Both the position numbers and the translations under genes were made by a program. 52,605 nucleotides of DNA from a virus (lineage: Duplodnaviria > Caudoviricetes): IMG/VR virus record IMGVR_UViG_3300019926_000173, positions 1 to 52,605 of that record. One strand, given 5' to 3'. Of the stretch, positions 1 through 9,506 are shown one piece after another. A model generated the notes under the pieces. It was not told where the DNA came from and ran no database searches. It saw only the letters and a program-made list of their open reading frames with translations. Positions within the stretch are counted from its first letter, which is position 1. Each line of letters opens with the position of its first letter.

Positions 1-1682
1 ACTGGGGCGACCTTGACAGCCGACTGCAGCGCCTCGCTGACTATCGCTGCCAGTGCCGGCTTAAGCCCATCGGGCGATACCGGCCCTACGAGATCACGGT
101 CGGGTTCGACGACGGGAAGCTTGAGATCACCGTAATTCTCGCCCGGCCAGTCACCGTCAACGAGGAAAAAATGGGCTGCAATAGACATCTGGGCTTCCTC
201 GTCGAGATCATCCCACGAGTCAGCGTCCAGATCGTATTCGTCCATGAAGTCGGCGAGCGTCGGCTTCTCCCAGTCGTCCGTATGCTCGCCATCGAACTCG
301 GGCTCGTGGACGGAATACGACGGGGCCAGTTCGTCGACCTCAGTTTCGCTGTCCGTCTCTGCGGTCCCGGATCCACCGCTCGGGGTATCACTGGATGTGA
401 CGGACAGCTCTTCAGCATCATATCCATCAGCATTAGCGAGGTCGCCCTCGTCGGGAGCCGATGGCATGGAGTCGAACGGATTGTAGGCCCAGTTCAGCAG
501 CGAGATGGCCCACTCAGTCGGACAGCCGTGGGCGCCATCCATTGCATCGCCATCAGGCTCATTTGGACGCATCCGCTCGATGAAGGAGATCGTTCGCTTT
601 GCATCCTCCATGTGCTCGTCTGTCCACTCAGATTTGTTCGTCTCGAGCAATTCGAGATTGCGACTAATGACTGCCTCCGGATCCTCACTGGCTTCCTGGG
701 CACACGGATTCGATGCCCAGTCTTTCAGTTCGCTGGCAGTCATATTGACTGCATCATCCCAGTCACTGTAGACTGAGTCTATCGTCTCTTCGGACCCATC
801 CTCCATTTCCTCAGACGCCATCTCGTCGTCCGAGGACTCCATGTCTGCGTCGGGTGCGTCCATCTGGGTTCGGAGCGACTGAATGTCACTGTAGCCAGCA
901 GAAACAGTGTATCCAGTCGAACTGAGTCGGCCGTTGTTACGCTCGTGGACGTCGACCATGACGATGTCCTTTTTCTCGTCGACGTGGACGATCTGCCCGA
1001 TCATGTCGGGGTTGACCTGCCATTCGACGAACATGCCCTCTGTCCACTCGGGAGCATCGAGACTCGTATCGGCCAATTCTGTGCGACCTTGATCCGCAAG
1101 CGTCTCCACCACATCAGCATCGTCGGGTCGTGGCGACCCCTGGCTCAGGACAGCAACCGCAGTATCCATCGGGCCAGCAGCGAATGCTTCGGCCTCACCA
1201 AACTCGGCAGTGTTCGATGGCGATGCACCATCACGAACGAGTGAGAGATTGTCCGCGTGTGCCTGATCGACGTACCATGCTCCGCTTTCTTCGTCTCGAT
1301 CAAGCTGGGCTGTCTCCGGGTGATAGATGCGCGGGGAGACTTCCAGCAGGCCTGCCTTTACGTCTGCAGCATATTCCTCGTAGTGCGATGCGATTTCGGC
1401 CTCATAGAGAATTCCAACACCTGGCTCGTACGTATCCTTGGTAACCGTGCCAACGGTGCCGGCCGGAGAATTCTCGTGTGCGACAACCAGTTCCTGCCCC
1501 GTCAGTGTCCCTTCCATCATCTGCAGCGCTTCTGCTGACCAGTATTTGCGCTTTTCAGACTCACCGTATGTCACGTCACCTTCGCCGAGCGCGATGCCAT
1601 GAATGACTGCGGGCTCATCATCAGGCGTACTCGCGTTCAGGTCGGCGGTTCCAACGCCGGCATAGGTTGTGACTTGATCCAT
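1..1682 (-). CDS. Prohead protease/scaffold-like protein with internal Tudor/SH3-like and DUF3140-like domains (3' end outside window)
   Basis: Manually translated open frame from ATG 1682 to the window edge (>=560 aa; missing from the ORF track because it has no stop): MDQVTTYAGVG..IHGIALGEGDVTYG..KYWSAEAL..LVVAHEN..VGTV..GILYEAEI..LEVSPRI..NLSLVRDGASPSN. It lies downstream of the portal and contains VNMTASELKDW..WAISLLNWAYNP. Confidence 0.7.
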   Translation of the reverse strand, partial: MDQVTTYAGVGTADLNASTPDDEPAVIHGIALGEGDVTYGESEKRKYWSAEALQMMEGTLTGQELVVAHENSPAGTVGTVTKDTYEPGVGILYEAEIASHYEEYAADVKAGLLEVSPRIYHPETAQLDRDEESGAWYVDQAHADNLSLVRDGASPSNTAEFGEAEAFAAGPMDTAVAVLSQGSPRPDDADVVETLADQGRTELADTSLDAPEWTEGMFVEWQVNPDMIGQIVHVDEKKDIVMVDVHERNNGRLSSTGYTVSAGYSDIQSLRTQMDAPDADMESSDDEMASEEMEDGSEETIDSVYSDWDDAVNMTASELKDWASNPCAQEASEDPEAVISRNLELLETNKSEWTDEHMEDAKRTISFIERMRPNEPDGDAMDGAHGCPTEWAISLLNWAYNPFDSMPSAPDEGDLANADGYDAEELSVTSSDTPSGGSGTAETDSETEVDELAPSYSVHEPEFDGEHTDDWEKPTLADFMDEYDLDADSWDDLDEEAQMSIAAHFFLVDGDWPGENYGDLKLPVVEPDRDLVGPVSPDGLKPALAAIVSEALQSAVKVAP

Positions 1683-1744
1683 ATGAAATGGAGAAAAAGA
1701 GAGGAAAAAGAGAAAGAGCCAGCTGGGAGACTCAGCCTCGATTC

Positions 1745-1771
1745 ATCTGTAGTCTGTGCGATCCTCTTAAA
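1745..1771 (-). promoter_or_regulatory. Late-type promoter (TATA box plus downstream GACTAC element)
   Basis: Minus strand TTTAAGAGgatcgcacaGACTACaGAT; matches copies at 6324-6350 and 23905-23932. Confidence 0.6.
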
Positions 1772-1791
1772 GGGATATACTAAATCCCGAC

Positions 1792-1816
1792 AGAATTAAG
1801 TCACTCATACGCATAC
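1792..1816 (+). promoter_or_regulatory. Early-type promoter motif
   Basis: AGAATTAAGT-N9-GCATAC; same spacing at 32189, 35751 and 42258. Confidence 0.5.
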
Positions 1817-1846
1817 GTGACTGTGACGGCAGTGCGGACTTGTCGC

Positions 1847-3439
1847 ATGGCAACGGCAGATCAAAACGAAACGTACGCCTGTCGCGTAGAGGGATGTAAT
1901 CGGACGTTTGGAACGAAGCATGGGAGAGGACAGCATCATAGTCAAACACACGACTACGAGAAACTACTGAAAGAGGACCTTCAGCGCATTGCAGATGAAC
2001 TCGGGCGAGCACCAACATTGGCAGACATAGATTCTAGAGACGACTGTGCTTCAGCATCCTCTTATCGAAATGAATTCGAAAGTTGGAATGAAACACTCAA
2101 AAGTATCGGAGTTAAGCCAAATCACTTTACAAAATCACGAGCAGAATTGAAAGAAGATCTCCAGCGTATTGCGGATGAGCTCGGGCGAGCACCAAAAATG
2201 AAAGATGTAAACTCTAGTGACGACTGTGCTTCGGGCGGATCTTATCAAAAAGAATTCGGAAGTTGGAATAAGGCACTAGAAAGCGTGGGACTTGAGATTA
2301 ATCCCGTTAGAAAAACAAGAGCAGAATTGAAAGAAGATCTCCAGCGTATTGCGGATGAACTTGGGCGAGCACCAACAGCGAAAGAAATGGAGTATAGAGA
2401 CGACTGTGCTGCGACATCAACTTATGAACTCAGATTCGGAAGTTGGAATAAGGCCCTCGAAAGTGTCGGAGTTGAGCCAAATCAAATTCAACTGAGAAAA
2501 TCACGAGCAGAATTGAAAGAAGATCTCCAGCGTGTTGCAGAAGAACTCGGGCGATCACCAACAGCTAACGAGATAAACTCTAGTGACGACTGTGCTTCGA
2601 CAGAAGCTTATAGAAACGAATTCGGATGTTGGAATAATGCACTCAAAAGCGTAGGACTTGAGATTAACCGACGTCCAGGGAAAACATCGCGAACAGAATT
2701 GAAAGAAGATCTCCACCGCATTGCAGATGAACTCAGTCGAACGCCAAAACAGAAGGATGTAAACTCTAGAAATGACTGTGTTTCGTCAGACTCATATCGA
2801 AATAAATTCGGAAGTTGGAATAAAGCACTCAAAAGCGCAGGACTTGAGATTAATCAAATTCAACTAAAAAAATCACGAGCAGAATTGAAAGAAGATCTCC
2901 AGCGCATTGCAGATGAACTTGGGCGATCACCAACAGCAAGGGAAATAAGATCTAGAAACGACTGTGCTTCGTCAGCAACGTATAGAAGAGAGTTTGGAAG
3001 CTGGAATGAGTCGCTCGAAACCATTGGACTTTCATTAAATCGTGATCAGAGTAGACGTCCTGATCTCCCATTCGCAAAATCCTCAACCAAATGGACCAAA
3101 ATTAGTCAATCTATTCGACAGAGAGACGACCACCACTGCCGGTGCTGTGGTACCACTCAGGAAATAATCGGTCGTGCTCTCAGCATTCATCACATTACAC
3201 CACGACGGAAATTCAAGCATATTGATATCCCTGACAGATTTAAGTTCCAAAACAATCCACAAAACCTCATTTCACTCTGCCCATCTTGTCACGCGTCAGT
3301 AGAGGGGAAGTTCCAGGGCACAGACCCGAAGACATTCGCCCACAAAGCACGGGAGTACCTTGGCTACACCGAAGACAACGACATCCTGCAGTCGCTCACG
3401 AGTCAGGCACACACTGACGCGTCTGTCGCTGCCGACTAG
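1847..3439 (+). CDS. HNH homing endonuclease with C2H2 finger and 6 homing-endonuclease-associated repeats
   Basis: N-terminal CRVEGC..H..H; six LKEDLQRIADELGR.P..Y..FGSWN repeats; C-terminal CRCCG..HHI..NLISLCPSCH. AT-rich and opposite in orientation to its neighbours. ATG 1847 preferred over GTG 1817. Confidence 0.9.
   Translation: MATADQNETYACRVEGCNRTFGTKHGRGQHHSQTHDYEKLLKEDLQRIADELGRAPTLADIDSRDDCASASSYRNEFESWNETLKSIGVKPNHFTKSRAELKEDLQRIADELGRAPKMKDVNSSDDCASGGSYQKEFGSWNKALESVGLEINPVRKTRAELKEDLQRIADELGRAPTAKEMEYRDDCAATSTYELRFGSWNKALESVGVEPNQIQLRKSRAELKEDLQRVAEELGRSPTANEINSSDDCASTEAYRNEFGCWNNALKSVGLEINRRPGKTSRTELKEDLHRIADELSRTPKQKDVNSRNDCVSSDSYRNKFGSWNKALKSAGLEINQIQLKKSRAELKEDLQRIADELGRSPTAREIRSRNDCASSATYRREFGSWNESLETIGLSLNRDQSRRPDLPFAKSSTKWTKISQSIRQRDDHHCRCCGTTQEIIGRALSIHHITPRRKFKHIDIPDRFKFQNNPQNLISLCPSCHASVEGKFQGTDPKTFAHKAREYLGYTEDNDILQSLTSQAHTDASVAAD
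1968..3030 (+). repeat. Six tandem coding repeats (period 180,180,186,186,186 bp)
   Basis: AAGARGAYCT anchor at 1971, 2151, 2331, 2517, 2703 and 2889. Confidence 0.9.
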
Positions 3440-4045
3440 TTAGTCTTCAGCATTTCGCCAACCGGTGTAACCCAATGCTTCGTCCTTCGTGGACCCCGCC
3501 ATTCTGTCCGACCCAAACTCCTTTTTCGCCCCAGTGAATGAGGCTCCAACGGACGTCCACATGTCGAGGAAAATGATCCGTGCAGGCCGATCGGCGTCTT
3601 CCCACGAATCCGGATAGTCGTCCCACCCAACACCGGGATCGTCGACAGCAGGAATATTGACTAATTCTTCCAGCCCATCAAATTCCTCCATTTCTGCTGC
3701 GAGTTCCTCGGACTCGTCCTTAGCTGACTCGACGGGATCCTCGACGTCGGCCTCACCCTCGGGTTTGAACACATCAGACCCAGCCATTGCGATATCTGAT
3801 GCCTTGAATGGACGTGAGCCACCCTCTGCGACGGATACGATGTAGATTGGACTACTCGCCGAGCCGGAGATATCCTCATCACGTTCGGGCCAGCTAATAT
3901 CGTTCTCGTAGATATCAGTTACAACGCCGATCTCGAGCTCACCATCGCCGTAGCGAACGTTGTCTCCCTCACTATACTGATTTGCGAGTTGTGCGATTGA
4001 ACCAGTCTCTTCGTCTCGATCGAGAACGTATGCGGTGATCTTCAT
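3440..4045 (-). CDS. Head-region protein with Hva1/DUF2945-like Tudor domain
   Basis: YSEGDNVRY..GVVTDIYE..GSASSPIYIVS..FKASDI; acidic; lies between portal and protease. Confidence 0.6.
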   Translation of the reverse strand: MKITAYVLDRDEETGSIAQLANQYSEGDNVRYGDGELEIGVVTDIYENDISWPERDEDISGSASSPIYIVSVAEGGSRPFKASDIAMAGSDVFKPEGEADVEDPVESAKDESEELAAEMEEFDGLEELVNIPAVDDPGVGWDDYPDSWEDADRPARIIFLDMWTSVGASFTGAKKEFGSDRMAGSTKDEALGYTGWRNAED

Positions 4046-4068
4046 GCGACAAACGCGAAATGAGATAC

Positions 4069-6279
4069 CTATTCGTCGAGAACAGGGATCAGCTCAGATC
4101 TACATCCGTAGTGGAACGGAGGCGTCGCCGTCAGTGGCGCAAACCCGGACGGAATCGATGCAGACATCTGTGCCTCGAACTGCTCACCGATCGTCTTCGG
4201 ATCGTCGAACATGGCAGTCGCCTGCTCGTGTGTCCCACACCCAGCGAGGTCTTCACAGAGAGTCGTGGTATCACCGACACAGGGATTCGTGACACCAACA
4301 CCAGCAATTCGTGAGTCTCGCTGATATTCGTTCAGCTTGATCTTGTTGACGATGCGCTGGCTGTGCATCCGTGCGATCAACTCTGCTCTGCGTCGGATGC
4401 TCCCCTGATCGATTGCCTCCCGAATCCGATCGCCGATTCGGCCAACATCATCCTGCGACGCTGACGTGACGATTCGGCGAACGTCTGCACTGGCGTCGCG
4501 AGCCATCTTCTCCATGTCCTGTCGAAGACTGCGTCGCTGTTCCTCAACGATATCACGGTGCCTCGACGAATACGTCAGATCCATCGATGGACTGTGTGAG
4601 TCCTGGCCCAGCGTCGCAACAGTGTCCGTCCCGACATCGGCCAGTGAGTCATCAACCGTCTGTTCGAATCCGACATCAACGAGGGATTGCCCAAATCCGG
4701 ACGTGAGTGCGTCTGCAACCTGCCCCGGCGTACTGTCGGAGCCCTGCCTCGCCTGTGAACGAAGCTCTCTGATGGCCCCGTCACGCGCCTGTATGAGCGC
4801 CTCAGTCACAGCCGATGAAACAGCCGAGCCAGAGTCGGCTGTCGAGACGAGTCGTGGGTCAGCAAGTTCGGCAACGCCCTCATCACCGATCGCCTCCGCA
4901 ACATCCTCGGGAATCAGCGTTGACGCCTCCTCTGTACTGTTCGACGATCCGCCGGAATCGTCAGTTAGTGGGCCGGACGGTTTGTCATCATCGTCGGCAG
5001 TCTCATCGTCCGGGTCTGCGTCCGGATCGCGTCGACCCTGCTCTTCGCCTTCGCCATCCACGTCCGACGTGTACCGGATGATAGAACCACTGACATCGTC
5101 CGGTGAGACTTCGCCACTCGGTCGACCAATGTGAAGCTGAATATCCTCCGTATCGAGATCCCAACTTTCTGCAACCTCGACCAGGTATGGTGTAAAGAGA
5201 TCCTCGATCTCTCGCCGGAGTCGACGAATGAGTTTCCGGTACTGTCGTTCCTGTGCGCTTGCTACTGTCGTCGAGATGTTGCCTGCAAACGAGCCCAGTG
5301 CGTACTTCGGCCCCGGCATTCCGCTGATAACGAAGTCAACGTCCTTCTCGACGTGCTCTTTGATATCCGCCGTCTCGCCTGCGAATTCCTTGATATCGAC
5401 GTCGCCGGGGACACCATGGTACATCCCTGGTCCGAGGTTCCCCTCGTCATAGGGCTCCATGAAGTCCTCCATCTCGTCCATCGTCCATGGCCGATCCTCC
5501 TTCCCAAGCTGGAAGAGAATCATCGGCCAGGCTTTCATCGCGATCGCGTCGTCGTTGTCACGGAATTTGGCCTCGAGGGCGCGAGCTCGTTCGTAGACTG
5601 TCTCGAGGCGTGAGGTCCCACGGACGTCACCAATGTCGGGACTGCGAGGCCAGTGGAGCATTTGATCCCGGCTGAACCGGCGTTCCTTCCGGTCACTCCA
5701 TCGAGAGTCCTCGACGTCGAACTGAACGAAGGCTGCTGCGTTCCCCTCTTCGTCTCGCTTGACGCCGTTGAACTCACGATAGTCCTCGGGTGCAAGGAGA
5801 ATGTTTGACTGTGGCTTCGTATGAATCTCAAATGTATCGGACTGGACTGGATTGATAGCGTTATGCCGGCCCTGGCTGTCAGTCACCTTCTCGGCCATGA
5901 ACGTCCCACGAACCTCATACTGGATGACAGCCTGCTTGCCAACTGTCGTGAAGTCCCGACGAGGCATTCCGCCCTCGATCCCGACATTCTCCAGATACTC
6001 CTGGAGCTCCTCAGCAGTCTTCTCCGAAGCAGCCGTTACGTAATATCCTGGCTCGAAGACTTCCGTTGCTGTCCGATTAATTGGCTGGCTGATGAGCGGG
6101 TTCGTCTCGTACAGTCGCCAGTAGTCAGCAATTTCATCCTCGGGCCAACTCACATCGGAATTGACCGATTTAATCTCTGTCGATGCGCGTGAATATGCTT
6201 CTGGATCGGGCGCCTCATCACTCTGAACGAGGGATGCGACACCACGGAGCCGATTTTTGATGTTATTGAAGCGTGACAT
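4069..6279 (-). CDS. Portal protein fused to a MuF/gp7-like minor head domain
   Basis: Directly downstream of TerL. Portal-like N-half (YETNPLISQPI..RGTSRLETV), acidic linker, C-terminal RAELIARMH..C..C..PPFHYGCRSELIP. ATG 6279 or 6297. Confidence 0.85.
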   Translation of the reverse strand: MSRFNNIKNRLRGVASLVQSDEAPDPEAYSRASTEIKSVNSDVSWPEDEIADYWRLYETNPLISQPINRTATEVFEPGYYVTAASEKTAEELQEYLENVGIEGGMPRRDFTTVGKQAVIQYEVRGTFMAEKVTDSQGRHNAINPVQSDTFEIHTKPQSNILLAPEDYREFNGVKRDEEGNAAAFVQFDVEDSRWSDRKERRFSRDQMLHWPRSPDIGDVRGTSRLETVYERARALEAKFRDNDDAIAMKAWPMILFQLGKEDRPWTMDEMEDFMEPYDEGNLGPGMYHGVPGDVDIKEFAGETADIKEHVEKDVDFVISGMPGPKYALGSFAGNISTTVASAQERQYRKLIRRLRREIEDLFTPYLVEVAESWDLDTEDIQLHIGRPSGEVSPDDVSGSIIRYTSDVDGEGEEQGRRDPDADPDDETADDDDKPSGPLTDDSGGSSNSTEEASTLIPEDVAEAIGDEGVAELADPRLVSTADSGSAVSSAVTEALIQARDGAIRELRSQARQGSDSTPGQVADALTSGFGQSLVDVGFEQTVDDSLADVGTDTVATLGQDSHSPSMDLTYSSRHRDIVEEQRRSLRQDMEKMARDASADVRRIVTSASQDDVGRIGDRIREAIDQGSIRRRAELIARMHSQRIVNKIKLNEYQRDSRIAGVGVTNPCVGDTTTLCEDLAGCGTHEQATAMFDDPKTIGEQFEAQMSASIPSGFAPLTATPPFHYGCRSELIPVLDE

Positions 6280-6323
6280 GAAGAGAAAATGGCGCACCGT
6301 CTCTCGGTACTGCCGTGTCGACT

Positions 6324-6350
6324 AATCAGTAGTCCGCACGCGCTTTTAAG
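6324..6350 (-). promoter_or_regulatory. Late-type promoter upstream of portal
   Basis: CTTAAAAGcgcgtgcgGACTACtGATT. Confidence 0.6.
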
Positions 6351-6564
6351 ACGCAATCCAAATCGGCCGTCTCAGCTACCGATGGCTTCAAATTCAAATA
6401 CAACAACGCATACTTGTTTCCCAAACTTTTACGTTCGTTCCAACTATTATATAATACAACAGGGCATCCCGGTTTGGCCAGATGTTTTATTTATGCAACC
6501 GGGATACAGTGCAGACACGATGGGGAGTGCGGGAGGACCAATGGGGATGCAGGTGCAGACACCG

Positions 6565-8022
6565 TTAGCGCCTGTTCCGACGTGATCCAGGTGTGTGGTC
6601 CCGTTTGGTTCGATCCCGTTGACGAGTCGAATTCCGACGTTGCGCGCCACCGTTCGTTACAGACGTATGATTGTCACGGGATTGTCCGCCACCGAGGACC
6701 GCACGCGTCGATCCACGAGCACCACGTCCACCGTCGCCACCCATCGTGTCCGGCATTCCCATCACACAGAGCGCGAGTGCGTCAGCGTAGTCGTCGTTGC
6801 CTGAATCTGCGTGGATGGAGAGGTTCCCAGCACTTGTCGTGTTGAAGTCGATCGCATCGAGCTGCATCCGAAGCGTCTTATTCTGTGGGAGGTACAGGTC
6901 TCCGGCCTCGAGGGCAGCCTTGAGTCCCTGATAGATCGTCTGCTTCTTCTGAATAGACAGGTAGACTGCCTGGAGCTTCCGTTCGATGTTGACGTCGCGC
7001 GCAAGATCTTCGGCAGTCCCACGGCCGATCCCCGTCTCGTCGATCACAATCTGTTCGTAGTCGTATTTCCGATCGAGGGCCTTGATCCGCTCGGCTGCAT
7101 CGAGGACTCCAGCATCAGTCAACACATCTGGTTCCTTGATATTCCCATACTCGTCACCAGTGATGAGCACCGTCTCTGCCCCACCAGCAGCTGCGATGTC
7201 GACCCCAAGATAGACATCTGCGTCCGAATTCGTCTCGGGACTCCCACCCTCCATTGCCTTCTTGATAGCGCCGGATTCGAAGAACTGGGAGGCGTCTTCG
7301 ACGAACTGGCCTTTGACCTCCTGTTTGATCTGGCGCTTCGTCTTCCCGTCTTTGAACGTCTCAACGTCTTCTTCGTCGATCAGTGGGTTCTCCCAGGAGG
7401 AGATCCCGCCCTCTTCTGGGTCCCACGTCGAGTAGTAATCGTCGTCGCCGTCGGTGGCCCATTGGGTCACTTTATCGTAGAAGTAGCCACTCGTCCCAAA
7501 GGGCGTCGAGGCCAACGTCATCGACCCGTTGGTCGCGAGGATCATCGGTTCGAGGACCTCGTTGAAGATGTCCTCATTGATGAATGCTGCCTCGTCGACG
7601 ATTACATTGTCCGCTGAGAACCCACGGATCTGATTCCCGTTCCGACCGGTCGGCAGACAGTGTATCTCACTCCCGTTGTCGAATTCAATGACCGTCTGGG
7701 TGTCCCGATCGACACCCCACGTGTCGTCGTTGATCCCAGATTGGCTCATCTCCGAACGCAGTTGCTTGAATAGCAGCGATGACTGCCGAAGCGACGGGGC
7801 TGTAATCAGCGTCATCGAGTGTGGCTCGGTTAGTGCACCGTGGAGGCCGTCCCACGCACACATCCGCGTCTTCCCGATCTGACGCCCGGAGACAAGCCCA
7901 CGGAAGCGTGAATCAGTGTCGAGAAAGTCCTGCTGGTAGGAGAAGCAGCGAAGTCCTAAGACATCTGATACAAACTTAGAAGGTTTTTCGCGCAATTCCG
8001 AATAATCAGTAAGAGAGTCCAT
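6565..8022 (-). CDS. terL: Terminase large subunit
   Basis: YQQ adenine motif, Walker A GRQIGKT, Walker B VIVDEAAF, LASTP, RNase H-like GVDIA..IDETGIG..DDYADAL. Confidence 0.95.
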   Translation of the reverse strand: MDSLTDYSELREKPSKFVSDVLGLRCFSYQQDFLDTDSRFRGLVSGRQIGKTRMCAWDGLHGALTEPHSMTLITAPSLRQSSLLFKQLRSEMSQSGINDDTWGVDRDTQTVIEFDNGSEIHCLPTGRNGNQIRGFSADNVIVDEAAFINEDIFNEVLEPMILATNGSMTLASTPFGTSGYFYDKVTQWATDGDDDYYSTWDPEEGGISSWENPLIDEEDVETFKDGKTKRQIKQEVKGQFVEDASQFFESGAIKKAMEGGSPETNSDADVYLGVDIAAAGGAETVLITGDEYGNIKEPDVLTDAGVLDAAERIKALDRKYDYEQIVIDETGIGRGTAEDLARDVNIERKLQAVYLSIQKKQTIYQGLKAALEAGDLYLPQNKTLRMQLDAIDFNTTSAGNLSIHADSGNDDYADALALCVMGMPDTMGGDGGRGARGSTRAVLGGGQSRDNHTSVTNGGAQRRNSTRQRDRTKRDHTPGSRRNRR

Positions 8023-8058
8023 GCGACAAACTGCAAATCGACAAAAAGGAAGGGACAG

Positions 8059-9018
8059 CTACGATAGGATCGGAGATCGTTGAAGATAAGACGTGGGGGG
8101 AATTCCCTCGTGATATATGTTGAAAACCGAGATAACGTTAAATCCGAGTTCGTCGTAGACTTCTAACTTTTGTTCCCGTCTTTGATCGTATTCGTTCGAG
8201 TTAGTTATTCCCCAAACTTCGATTAGATTGTCCTGGACTTTGAAGTCTGGAACGTATACTGTATTATCGATCTCTGGTTCATAGGTGTAATCAATATTAT
8301 TCTCAAATAACCAGTTTGCGACACGTAGTTCAAGAGACGACTTGACAGTCTCGCCCCGATCTGTCTCTACTTGTTGCCCCCATCCCGCTTGGTTTTTCAT
8401 TTCAACATCTAGTTCTCGAAGCCATCTACCAATTGTACTTTGACAAACGTCTACAGAGAGTTTTTGGGCTATATCTGATTCGGTCAGGCCTGATTCGTAT
8501 AGTTCAATGAGTCTACTGTTGTCGACTTTATGTTTCTTTTTCCCTCCTGTTGGCTTTGATTTGAGGCCCATTCGATCTCTCCATCGTCGAACTGTGTTGA
8601 TAGATACTCCGAGCTCGTCCGCGGTTTCTCGTGAGTTAAGTCCTTTATCTTCGTGGAGCCGTTTTAATTCTGCTTTATCGAATTTTTCGGGACCATCAAC
8701 ACCACCCGGACCACGAGTTTCTATTTCATAATGCTGCATCCACTTTTTGACGGCACTTTGAGTGACATCAAATTTGTATGCAATATCTGATTGAGACTTC
8801 TCTTTTTCAAAATAGAGTTCCCAGAGACGTTTTTCACTAACTGGTGGCCCAGTTGCATATCTCTCTTTGTCTTTGCTAATATCGTATTTATTTAGCCAGT
8901 ACTGAATTGTTGATCCACCAGAGGCACCATCAAATCGTTTAGCTATTTCTGCCCGTGTGAGATTTTGGTCTAGGTACAAGTATTCAAGAGTATCTTTGTT
9001 TTTGTAGGACCTGTCCAT
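8059..9018 (-). CDS. Free-standing endonuclease: 4 HTH repeats plus PD-(D/E)xK-like nuclease domain
   Basis: Repeated LxxLY..SxxDIA..TIxxWL HTH units; C-terminal KSSLELRVANWLFENNIDYTYEP..PDF..IEVWG; AT-rich; TTTAAATA ~25 nt upstream of the ATG. Confidence 0.8.
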   Translation of the reverse strand: MDRSYKNKDTLEYLYLDQNLTRAEIAKRFDGASGGSTIQYWLNKYDISKDKERYATGPPVSEKRLWELYFEKEKSQSDIAYKFDVTQSAVKKWMQHYEIETRGPGGVDGPEKFDKAELKRLHEDKGLNSRETADELGVSINTVRRWRDRMGLKSKPTGGKKKHKVDNSRLIELYESGLTESDIAQKLSVDVCQSTIGRWLRELDVEMKNQAGWGQQVETDRGETVKSSLELRVANWLFENNIDYTYEPEIDNTVYVPDFKVQDNLIEVWGITNSNEYDQRREQKLEVYDELGFNVISVFNIYHEGIPPTSYLQRSPILS

Positions 9019-9042
9019 GGATTATTTAATATCTAGAAGTAT

Positions 9043-9135
9043 TTAAATGTATTCCAAGCATTCTAATCCCAATACTTCTTTGACAAATTTGGACGGATTT
9101 GCTCGGAGTTCGCTATAATCAGTAAGAGAGTCCAT
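9043..9135 (-). pseudogene. Orphaned duplicate of the terL 5' end (30 codons)
   Basis: MDSLTDYSELRANPSKFVKEVLGLECLEYI* versus TerL MDSLTDYSELREKPSKFVSDVLGLRCFSY; GTCGCATGGACTCTCTTACTGATTAT identical in both. Confidence 0.85.
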
Positions 9136-9158
9136 GCGACGAATCGGGTGCGACGTAG

Positions 9159-9207
9159 CCTTATGTAGCAATAGACGATGGTACCGCGGACTATCTGCTA
9201 CATAAGG
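9159..9207. repeat. Inverted repeat CCTTATGTAGCA-N25-TGCTACATAAGG, copy 1
   Basis: Perfect 12-bp arms; identical arms and spacer length at 50316-50364. Confidence 0.9.
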
Positions 9208-9216
9208 GACAGTGCG

Positions 9217-9504
9217 TCAGAACACGTCGAGCGGATCGATCGACGTATCGACACCATTTAATTCCGCTTCGAGATTCCGACGAACCTCAGTTGGGCTCAA
9301 CTCTTTGATCGCAAGCTGAATCGTTGCTCGTTCGGCATCTTTGCGAGCGTATGGGTGAGATTCGTAGGCAGCCGAGTAGACCGGGACTTCATCGTGAACG
9401 ACGACAAGTGCGTTCTTGTACACGAAGACGATGATTCCATCTTTATGTGAGAGGACTGCCTGATCGGAGAACTGTATCGTGTTGAATTCTTGTGGGAAAG
9501 ACAT
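9217..9504 (-). CDS. Hypothetical protein
   Basis: 95-aa ORF in operon spacing. Confidence 0.7.
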   Translation of the reverse strand: MSFPQEFNTIQFSDQAVLSHKDGIIVFVYKNALVVVHDEVPVYSAAYESHPYARKDAERATIQLAIKELSPTEVRRNLEAELNGVDTSIDPLDVF

Positions 9505-9506
9505 GA

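Noticed and set aside
6565-8022. Intein in TerL
   Set aside because: Normal length, contiguous motifs and no splice-junction motifs
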